From Octopus vulgaris (lineage: Eukaryota), in NCBI GenBank assembly GCA_951406725.2, contig OX597836.1, positions 46,934,001 to 46,998,000 of the forward strand: DNA of 64,000 nucleotides, written 5' to 3'. The position numbers were made by a program, and so were the translations under genes. Below, one piece after another: positions 53,929 through 64,000 of this stretch; the first letter of the stretch is position 1, and every line of letters starts with the position of its first letter. Under the pieces are notes generated by a model. That model was not told where the DNA came from. It ran no database searches and saw nothing but the letters and a program-made list of their open reading frames with translations.

Positions 53929-54767
53929 TGGGAAGGGGTTATTTGAAAGACATTTCCTACATATCATTATTTTTCTGAAATAGAAAGCTAAAAAAAAAAA
54001 ACAGAAAGAAAAATGCTTCCTTGTTCTTTGTAGAGAAACCAGAACCGAATACAAAATCAAAAGAGATATGATTAATGATTTAATAGATTGACTCAAAGAT
54101 ACAAGATTCTAGCGCAAGAGTGATGCCAGTTGAATTGATCTTAGTCCATAGATTATCGATCCTGGAGGTTATGAACAGAACATAATATTCGGAGACATTC
54201 CTTGAAGCTCAATTCACGTAAATTCCGATTTTAACTTCAAATTTCTGCACTATAACACTTTGTGCAATTTAGCCACACATTTTCTGCAAAGTCTCATGTA
54301 TAGTATTCAATTGCTGGAGTCATGAATACCTCTCTTTTTCACTTTAAAGTCCTCTAAGAATTGTTATGTCGCTCTAAATTCCCAGAAGGTCATCTTAGTA
54401 ATTCATTGTCGCTTCTCAAATTGAAACGGTCACTGAAGGTGATGCATTAGAAAATAACAAAAGAAAGAAAACCGAAAAAAAAACCCCCAAAAAGAATATA
54501 CTGAGTTTTCAGAAATTTGTCTTGAATAAGAGTTCTTTCTTAAAGTTTATTGGTGTCTTTTATTTCCTAATAATATTTCGTTGGAACGACTTTCCAGCTC
54601 TTATTCGTTTTGTGTTTCTGAAATACAAACTCAATACTACTTTGAGTGTTGTCTTTTCTCTTTACTAGCAATAAGGGTTGTGTTGCCCCGAGAAAATACT
54701 TTATTTTTCACCATTTACTGTGGCTATGCTGCAGCACCGCATTGATTAATATTTTTTTAATATTCAA

Positions 54768-55180
54768 AGGCGCAGGAATGGCTGTGTGGTAAGTAGCTTG
54801 CTTACCAACCACATGGTTTCGGGTTCAGTCCCACTGCGTGGCACCTTGGGCAAGTGTCTTCTACTATAGCCCCGGGCCGAACAATGCCTTGTGAGTGGAT
54901 TTGGTAGACAGAAACTAAAAGAAGCCTGTCGTATTTATGTGTATATATATATGTGTGTGTGTGTGTGTTTGCGTGTCTGTGTTTGTCTTCCTTGCATTGC
55001 TTGACAACCGAAGCTGGTGTGTTTACGTCCCCGTCACTTAGCGGTTCGGCAAAAGAGACCGATAGAATAAGTACTGGGCTTACAAAGAATATGTCCCGGG
55101 GTCGATTTGCTCGACTAAAAGGCGGTGCTCCAGCATGGCCGCAGTCAAATGACTGAAACAAGTAAAAGAGTAAAGAGTAA
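54768..55180 (+). mobile_element. SINE family A, full length
   Basis: Head to tail. Confidence 0.93.
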
Positions 55181-55189
55181 AGGATTATA

Positions 55190-55469
55190 TACTCTTTTAC
55201 TTGTTTCAGTCATTTGACTGCGGCCATGCTGGAGCACCGCCTTTTAGTCGAGCAAATCGACCCCGGGACATATTCTTTGTAAGCCCAGTACTTATTCTAT
55301 CGGTCACTTTTGGTGAATTGCTAAGTTACGGGGACGTAAACACACCAGCATCAGTTGTCAAGCGATGTTGGGACACAAACATACATACATACACACATAC
55401 ATCCAATACACACATACACACATACATACATACACACATACACACACATACATACATACATACATACAT

Positions 55470-55480
<11 letters not shown>
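55190..55480 (-). mobile_element. SINE family A 3' half, tail-to-tail with the previous copy
   Basis: Reverse complement of 55057-55172 over 116 bp. Confidence 0.9.
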
Positions 55481-55530
<50 letters not shown>

Positions 55531-57134
55531 CGTGAGCGACCAGGCTATCAGATGTTGTTACACATCGCTGGTCACAATGCGCTTCGCTTTGTTTTAACCT
55601 TCAAATGACGCCACCCCGCTGGCTAAGCGAGCAGGCCAATATATATATATATATAAAATGAGGGTAAGATATTAGATATAAATTTAATTACATCGATTTC
55701 ATACCATTGGTCTAGCATATAAAAAAACTGAAGGTTCAGTAAAATTGTATTATATACATATTAGAGGGAAACCACTATGTGGACACCCTTATGCTAGAAA
55801 TAGATCCGCTATGGTCTTACCACTAAGAAATCTTCTCAAGAAAAATATAGCAAAACAACCAAAACGTAATCGAGCGAGACGAAAGAAAAAGCAATAAAAT
55901 ATGGATTATTCGCAGACATGTTTCACTATTAACATTTTACGTAATTTTACTTACAAAAATGTCCGTAGATCATCGGTCTGACCGTCCAGACGAATATAAT
56001 TTGTAGGACTGCATACTAGGACGTCCGCACAAAGTCAGTGGTTTTCCTATTAAAAGAACTTTCTATATAATTCTCTATAGCCCCTCCCCTGAGAAAGAAG
56101 ATTACATATTCTTCAACATTTCCACTGGGAGGGACCTTCTTCATCCCCCCTCCGGTGGCACACGTCCCACCGAAGGGGTTTCGGAACATACAGCAGGTGC
56201 ACCAGCAACCGCCGGCAATACCCCGTTTTTCTTCTTCCTTTTTTTCTTTTTCTTTACGACGGAAGGCTGGAGTTCCTCCGTCATATTCCGAAGTCCTTCC
56301 TTCTCTCCCGTCGCCTCAGGATCCATTGGTGGCCAACCATTGTTGCCCACCTTCTTTCTTTTCTTTCCTTTTGTTTTCGAGGAGGTTACCTCCTCCTCGA
56401 CTTTCTCTTCCTCTCCCTTCGTTAGAGAATCAGGAGCCTCTCTTGGGGGAACAGGGAGATCTTCTATTAACTACTCCAGTACCGTCTGAAAGAAGACAGT
56501 GATGGTATCAAGGACCTTAGAATAGGCCCTTAACGCCACAGCTCCCTCAGTATTATTTTTTACTCATTTTTTGGGGCCACAATTTGCCACTCCAAAGCGG
56601 TATTCTTGATTGCCATAACAAATAAAATAAAATATTCAAAAACGAAAAAGTCCAAAAATGTTCAAATAAAAGTCAATAAAAAACACAAAGAAAGAACAGA
56701 AAGACTGAAGAGAGAAAAAAGAATGAAGGAAGACAGTTCGAATGGCACAATTTTGCTACTCCGGTAATCCATGTGAACGTTTATAATCCGTTGCAGCACA
56801 AGATATTCTACTTTCATCCAACTCTGGCCGCCTCCGTAAATCCAATGGTAAATCTAGAGCATGAACACAGTCAAAAGAAGACGATTTTCACAAAAAAAAT
56901 TTCCGGAGGGTATATGCCCCCTCAAAAAACAATTCTCACTACAAAATGAGTCTTTTCTCCCAACCACAGGCAGGCAAATGTCTGGAACCCAGTGGAGACC
57001 CTTGCTCAACAAAAATTATTAATTACAGAGCAACAGACTCCACTAAGCTCCCCCAAAAAACAAACGCCTTACTTGTAGTCGTGCTTCAATTTTTCAATTA
57101 TTCACAACGTAAAACGATGTGACTTGAGATATTA

Positions 57135-57775
57135 AGCGACTAGAATCCTTCGATCACCTCTGTCTACGCCGCATCCTTCGTGTCCGATGGCATCACAACA
57201 ATTCGGTGTGACACCAGTGCAAAATCACCTCCCTCCGAGACGTCTGCGTTGGCTGGGTCATGCCCTCCGTCGTCAGCCAGGAGAATTCATCTACGAAGCA
57301 ATTGCCCCAGCTCTCCTTCAGGGTTGGCGAAAGCGATGTGGTGGACAACGAAAACCTGGCTGATGACAATCAAGGCTGATCTGGAACCCAGCCTACGAAG
57401 CAATTTCCCCAGCTCCCCTTCAGGGTTGGCGAAAGCGATGTGGTGGACAACGAAAAACCTGGCTGATGACAGTCAAGGCTGATCTGGAACCCAACCTACG
57501 AAGCAATTGCCCCAGCTCCCCTTCAGGGTTGGCGAAAGCGATGTGGTGGACAACGAAAAACCTGGCTGATGACAGTCAAGGCTGATCTGGAACCCAACCT
57601 AGGGCCCCATATCTACGGCGTTCGCCGCTGGAATAAGGAGTGGTTGAAGATCACGCGGTCGTTAGCCTCAAATCGCCAGGCCTGGTCGGCGTTTGTGAGA
57701 GATGCAGCATTGAGGATGAATGAAGCCAGCTCAACCCATGCCGGGTGAATACTGTCTCAAGACAAGACAAGAAGA
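57135..57775 (+). mobile_element. RTE-clade LINE 3' fragment with a triplicated ~103-bp segment
   Basis: CLRRILRVRW and RRLRWLGHALRR motifs; (CAAGA)n tail; units start at 57291, 57393 and 57496. Confidence 0.85.
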
Positions 57776-58594
57776 TGTGACTTCAGAGTGTAAAAAAACG
57801 CAAACTCTTCAGTAGTGAAGTAAGCGAGTTACTTACCACACAGCCAGTCCTTTAGCAACATTGTATCACCAAACATTTGGTGTCAGGATTCACTTATCAT
57901 ACACTACTGATAATATCATCTATTAATTCTCACTTCAGGCTATCTTTTGGTTGTCAAATGCCGTGGAGCAAAAGCATAATTTAACGCTAGGACATGAACA
58001 CGACGTTTCAACCATTTCAACCGACCGACAGATAATCACGAAAAGCGATGATCCCTATAGGAAAGTAAGTCATTCAACTTGACTGGGAATGCGAATGATT
58101 CGAGCTTAAACAATCATATGGTCTCACTGATCTTAAAAATCATTTTTTGATTCGTCTTCCATGTTCAGTAGATTTCATTTGTATCCAAATATACACTTCT
58201 TATGAATTTGAAATCTCAATTTAAACAACTATTTTGAAATCTTTGTTAAAATTACCCGGCCACCTTGTTTACTTAAAGTTTAGCTGAGACAGCACTTATT
58301 GATTGTCATTAAAAAAGTCTACACAGTAACGGACTGTTAACAACTAAGTATTTTAATTATAGCAGTCTGTCATTCTTAAATCTGTGTGTAATTAGAACAA
58401 CATAAATATCAAAGATTTAGATATAGCCGAAGGATAGATCACTCCGCTAAATTGCCTGCAGTATTCAATCTAATGCGTATATGTTTGGAGTTTGCGAGTC
58501 AATGTGGTTAGCTTTCCCTGTCAACTCACCAAGGCAGATCTGTTGAGTTCTATTGATATACTGGTTTATATTCAGACACAGCTGTTTTCTTTCC

Positions 58595-58815
58595 ACTAAA
58601 TTTTGGCACAGGGCCAGCAAGTTTGGGGGAGGGGGATAGGTCTTTTACATCGACCCCAGTATTCAGTTGATACTTATTTAATCGACCTCGAAAGGATGAA
58701 AGGCAAAATCGGCCTCGGTGGAATTTGAACTCAGAACGTAAAAACAGACGAAATACCTATTTCTTTACTACCCACAAGGGGCTAAACACAGAGGGGACAA
58801 ACAAGGACAGACAAG
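58595..58815 (-). mobile_element. SINE family E units
   Basis: GAAAGGATGAAAGGCAAA...GAATTTGAACTCAGAACG. Confidence 0.85.
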
Positions 58816-59060
58816 CTGTACTTTTTTATCCTTTCTAACAATTCGCATAAGAGTCCGACGGTCCCTACCTGAAAGTTTTGGTTTTCTTCCGGAGTTTTGT
58901 TTTGACGAAGTTTTTCCCTCTTTCTGAAAGGCTGTCATTACTTTCGAGACAGTACTTCTTGATACACCAAACATTTCGACTGTTTTCGTTATGCTAGCGC
59001 CTGCTATAAGAGCACCAACAATTTGACCTCTTTGAAAGTCCGATAGAGCTGTCATTTTAA
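58816..59060 (-). mobile_element. Tc1-like transposase N-terminal HTH fragment
   Basis: LSDFQRGQIVGA...GAS...FGVSRSTVSKV...SGRKPKLS.RDRR. Confidence 0.85.
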
Positions 59061-59149
59061 TGAATTTAAATTACCTTTTTCTTATGATAGCTAGAATGAA
59101 ACAGCAATTTTAGCAAAATAAAAATAAACAAACGACGAAGCCTATTCTC

Positions 59150-59541
59150 GAAGAAAGCTTTGTTGTTGCATGACAATGCACACCCATATACGGCCGCCCA
59201 GACCGTTGAAACCCTTAATAAATTGGGTTTTGAGGTGCTGGAACACCTTCCTGCAGCCCAGATTTTGCTCTTTCTGAATATCATATTTTTGGACCACTCA
59301 AAGAGGGTTTACGAGTTCGATTTCCTACGGACGTAGATCTGAAGGAAGCGGTGCATAAATGATCACACGACAACCAAAAGCTTTCTTCTTGGAGTGAATA
59401 CGAAAGCTCGGGGTCCGCCGGACCAAGTACTTCGAAAAGGAAGGAAATTATTTAGAAAAAGGACGTATTTGTTTATCACCTGCTTTTGTGTAAATACATT
59501 GAAAAAACAAGAATGCGTATCATATTTGACTCTCCTTCGTA
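59150..59541 (+). mobile_element. mariner C-terminal fragment and right end
   Basis: LLLHDNAHPYTAAQTVETL..LGFEVLEH...HIFGPLKEGLR. Confidence 0.8.
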
Positions 59542-59544
59542 CGT

Positions 59545-59700
59545 GTGTGCGCGTATTTCGTCTACTAAATCCATTCATAAGGCTTTATTCGGTCCGCGGC
59601 TATATAGAAGATACTTGTCCAAGGTTCCACGCTGTGTAACTGAACCAGGAACCATATGGCAAGGAAGCAAGCTTCTTACCACACAGCTACGCCTGTGCCT
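59545..59700 (-). mobile_element. Diverged SINE family A, 5' half
   Basis: CGTCTACTAAATCCA...CTTACCACACAGC. Confidence 0.75.
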
Positions 59701-60238
59701 GTTAATGTTTCTTACTGTTGAGACATATTTTCATTTCGTAGGGTTTATAAACCTGTATTTAGGGTTTCATGTAAAGTTATTTTTATAGACGTTAAAAGAA
59801 ATAAAAGTTCTACCTTTCACAAGTATTTCTTTCCTGTCATTTGTTTCGGCTTAAACTTATGCGTTTAGCATTAGTATTTATGCTGCTGTAAGCTTCGCGC
59901 TTTGCTTCAGAATAATTTTGTGTAATATTATTGAGAAGCTGGTTGCAGAAGTCAGGTTCCACTGCATATATCTTCCTAGTTTTGTCGGAAAATAACAAGG
60001 CCTTAGTTGTTCTTATTAATGCCTGTCATCAGCTCACGGGGAAAAAAGGATTAGAGGATTTAAAGCACTTGACATTCGTGTATCAAACTAAGGTATGTAT
60101 GTGTATATCTATTTCTTTGTATATGCATGTGTGTATGCCGACATATACCTCTCTTTGTGTGTGTATATATGTACATGTGTGTGTGCATATATTCATGCAT
60201 ATATATATATATATACATCTATCTATCTATTTATCTAG

Positions 60239-60275
<37 letters not shown>

Positions 60276-60725
60276 TTAGCGGAACCCGTGGAAATTCCAT
60301 CGAATGAAAAAACTCAAGAGGAGCTGCTTAAGAGACATGGGGTAATTTGCATTTTTATTGCACATAAATCTTATTGTTTCTTGTGCAAGAAATAATAGAA
60401 AAACATGCAATAAAAACCATGCAATACTTAACACACATATCATTCGTTAGTATCTAATTCTATTGAAACTGCAAGATTAATATATAATTGCATATTCCAT
60501 ATTACGCAATATTTTATCATAATTACTTTACATTATATACAATTAATGTACACAGAACGATATAGAGAATATAAACAATGTCTTTATTTCCATGATTAGT
60601 TTCAATTTCATTGCAAATTTAAAAGATAACATCTACAACTATTTTACTATGTTGTTTCAATTCCAGTCACAATAATATATTATGTAATTTTAAAATTTCC
60701 CTATGCTAAACAGTTTACATCTCAC

Positions 60726-60761
<36 letters not shown>

Positions 60762-61056
60762 AAATTTTTGACCAACTCCCCTCTTCACGTCTTTAATGTT
60801 TTTCTTTCACTTTCTCTTCACCTCTCACGTGCACTGAACACGCTGTCACGTGGTTAGTGGAAGTGGATATTTGCCATCTCACTCATTCCCCCTCCAACTT
60901 TGTTACTCTCACTCTACCTCTCGGTTACTCCACCTCTCTCTAACAAGCTAAAACGTAACGTGTGAACGAATGAATAAGCAGAATCATAATATATGTGTGT
61001 GTGTGTATGTATGTATATATATATATGTATGTTTTTTTCGTAAACTCTCCCTATAT

Positions 61057-61450
61057 AGGCGCAGGGGTGGCTTGCTTACCAACCACATGGTTCCGGGTTC
61101 AGTCCCACTGCGTGGCACCTTGAGCAAGTGTCTTCTACTAAAGCCTCAGGCCGACCAAAGCCTTGTGAGTGGATTTGGTAGACGGAAACTGAAAGAAGCC
61201 CGTCGTATATATCTATCTATCTATATATATATATATATGTATGTGTGTGTTTGTGTGTGTGTGTTTGTCCCCCTAGCATTGCTTGACAACCGATGCTGGT
61301 GTGTTTATGTGTCTGTCACTTAGCGGTTCGGCAAAAGAGACCGATAGAATAAGTACTGGACTTACAAAGAATAAGTCCCGGGGTCGAGTTGCTCGACTAA
61401 AGGCGGTGCTCCAGCACGGCCGCAGTCAAATGACTGAAACAAGTAAAAGA
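61057..61450 (+). mobile_element. SINE family A (short deletion in the head)
   Basis: Consensus-like body. Confidence 0.9.
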
Positions 61451-61453
61451 ATA

Positions 61454-61492
<39 letters not shown>

Positions 61493-61494
61493 GC

Positions 61495-63320
61495 ATGATT
61501 GGCATCCGTTAGTATCGAAAGACTATGGATCTGCGCCTTGGATTGGATTGGTGTTGCAGCATCGCTTCTGACTGACAAGGCCAATGCGTGACACGGCTGG
61601 AACGGTCGCAAATGTGGTTGGTCTGTTGGTCGTCATTTGCTGGTGGTTCGGTCTTCCTGCGTCTCCAGCTGTTCTCTGCTGCCTGACGTTTGTGATCTTC
61701 TCCTTCCCTCAGGGCGACACTCAGCGTCTGTTTCCAGCAGGAACGGTCTTTTGCCATGCTCTCCCAGGTCATTCATACCATTGGCCTTCATGTCATGTTT
61801 GCACACATCCTTGAAACGGAGATGTGGTCGTCCGCGAGCACGTCTGCCGGAGTAGTGTGAAAGTAGTTAATAACTGGGAACGGGTAAGTATCTCGTTGTT
61901 GGTGATGCGGTCGTTCCACTTGACCCCGAGAATACCCCGAAGGTTGCGCAGATGGAAGGCATACAGGCGGCGCTCTTGTCTGGCATAAAGGCACCAGGTG
62001 AGGACACACACTTTATAGACAGTGAATTTGATAGACCTCGTCTGTTTGCCGTTTAACCAAACTTTTTGAGCTAGTTTGGTGAAGGTCGAAGCTGCTAGTC
62101 CGATTCTCCTGTTCAGCTCCTGGTCGAGTGTGCGGTCATCCATAATTGTTGAGCCCACATCGAGTGAGTGGTTGTCGATGGTAATGATGGGGGGATCCGA
62201 GACGCCTTGGCCCATTACCTTGGTCTTCTGTTGGTTGATTGTTAAGCTGAAGGCACAGCACACCCGGTTCAGATTGTCCATAATTGTTTGCAATTGCAGT
62301 TATGAATGTGCCACTAGAGCCGCGTCGTCGGCAAACAGCATCTCCCGGACGTAAACCCTGCGAATTTTGGTCTTCGCATTAACCCTTGACAGATTGAGTA
62401 GTTTACCATCCGACCTTGTGTGGAGGCAAACGCTGTCGTTTTGCGTACCAACTGCATGACAGCGAAGTAGATGGTTAAACAGGGTAGGATCAAGCACGCA
62501 TCCCTGTTTTACCTCACATCGAACATCAACGGCTTCTGATGCGTTTCTGTTGAATTATACTGAGGCCTTCATTGCACAAATGGAAAGACTGATGGATGCG
62601 GAGCAGTCGAGGACACCCAATCATCCCAAGAACTTAGAACAGCCCATTCCTACTCACCATGTCGAACGCCTTCGCCAAGTCAACGAATGGAGTGTAGGGA
62701 AGTTGGTTCTGTTCCCTGCCTTCTCTTGTAACTGTTTAAGGGAGAAAAATCATATCCATCGTGGATCGTCCGGATCTGAAACCACTTTGAGATTCTGGGT
62801 AGATCCTTTCTGCAAGTTTCCGAACTCGGTCGAGAGCCACGTGAGCAAATGCCTTCCCGACGACACTGAGCAGTGATATACTTCTACAGTTGTCACAGTG
62901 ACTCCTGCATCCTTTGTTTTTATATAACACGGCAATTTTACTGTCTTTCATATCACTGAGTATCTGCCCTTCTTCCTAGCAATGACACAGGATATGGTGG
63001 AGTTGGTGTAGGATGTCTTCTTTCGGACACTTGGTAACATCAGCTGGTGTCCCATCCGGTTGGTAGTGAGTCGAGTTCTTTTTCTAATTCCTCTACGGTT
63101 GCGGGTATGGCCAGTTCGTCCATAACCTACAAGCTTACCAAGCTGTTCAGTGCTGTTTCCGAAATGCAACTATCCTGGGAGTATAACTCGGAGTAATGCC
63201 CCACCCTTTCTCCGTTTGCTTCAGCATTGATTTTCAGTGGCGCTATCTTGCATTGTGCTGGTCCTTTATCCCGTCATATATCCCACGTATGTCCCCTATG
63301 CCAACCGCTAGTTGGATGAG
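61495..63320 (-). mobile_element. Degenerate RTE-BovB-like LINE (reverse transcriptase to 3' end)
   Basis: LYKNKG..S.CDN.RSISLLSVVGK, PESQSGFRSGRST.DMIF, KQGCVL.PTLF, MLFADDAAL; many frameshifts. Confidence 0.92.
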
Positions 63321-63326
63321 CGAGCA

Positions 63327-63357
<31 letters not shown>

Positions 63358-63454
63358 GAGGAGGCAAGAGAGAGAGAGAGAGAGAGAGAGAGGAAGAGGA
63401 GGCAAGAGAGAGAGAGAGAGAGAGTTAAATGCTAGATTGGTAAATAAACATACA

Positions 63455-63570
63455 TAACTAGTTACCTAGCAAACCAGCAGACACAGACAGACAGTAATAC
63501 TTTACATGTACCACCTCCTCGCGTTGTTGTTTTTTCTTGTGTTTTTCTCCGTTTTCTGTTATTTTTATTA
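63455..63570 (+). mobile_element. Probable truncated 3' part of the TA-embedded hammerhead element family
   Basis: ATACTTTACATGTACCACCTCCTCGCGTTGTTG resembles the family 3' arm (ATACTTGTTCCAC.TCCTCG.GTTGT); ends in a TA tract. Confidence 0.5.
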
Positions 63571-64000
63571 ATATATATATACATATACATATACATATAC
63601 ATACATATATATATATACATATATACATATACACATATATACATATATATATATACATATACATATATACATATATATATACATATACACATATATACAT
63701 ATACACATATATACATATACATATATACATATACATATATACATATACATATATACATATACATATATATACATATACATATATACATATACATATATAT
63801 ACATATACACATATATATACATATACATATATACATATACACATATATATACATATACATATATACATATACACATATATATATATACATATACATATAT
63901 ACATATACACATATATATATATACACATACACATATATACATATACACATATATATATATACACATACACATACACATATATATATATACATATACATAT
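63571..64000. repeat. (TATACA/TA)n microsatellite
   Basis: Direct reading. Confidence 0.97.

Noticed and set aside
55905-55925. GAAACATGTC (hammerhead 3' half) on the minus strand in a pLTR-like context
   Set aside because: No matching CTGANGA or stem I found nearby
56141-56502. Overlapping short ORFs
   Set aside because: Low complexity, no domain recognised
57291-57598. CRISPR-like regular repeat
   Set aside because: Plain tandem units with no unique spacers; eukaryotic LINE context

Overview
AT-rich, microsatellite-saturated eukaryotic DNA, apparently intergenic or intronic, with no recognisable host protein-coding gene. Almost all long ORFs in the track are translations of simple repeats. 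The repeat content resembles an Octopus-type coleoid cephalopod genome (inference from memory, not a database result). The window holds four tRNA-headed SINE families (labelled A, B, C and E here), a Dong/R4-type restriction-like-endonuclease LINE in (TAA)n arrays, and RTE LINE fragments. It also holds Penelope-like (GIY-YIG) fragments, a Ty3/gypsy integrase relic, Tc1/mariner relics (DD34D, DD41D), hAT and pogo-like MITEs, a MITE family with internal TTAGGG repeats, and a non-autonomous Helitron. The most notable signal is a set of eight hammerhead-ribozyme-like motifs. Five sit in ~180-210 bp non-coding units embedded in (TA)n tracts, a retrozyme or Penelope-pLTR-like system with recurring core variants. 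Element boundaries were read by eye and are approximate unless a TSD or TIR is quoted.
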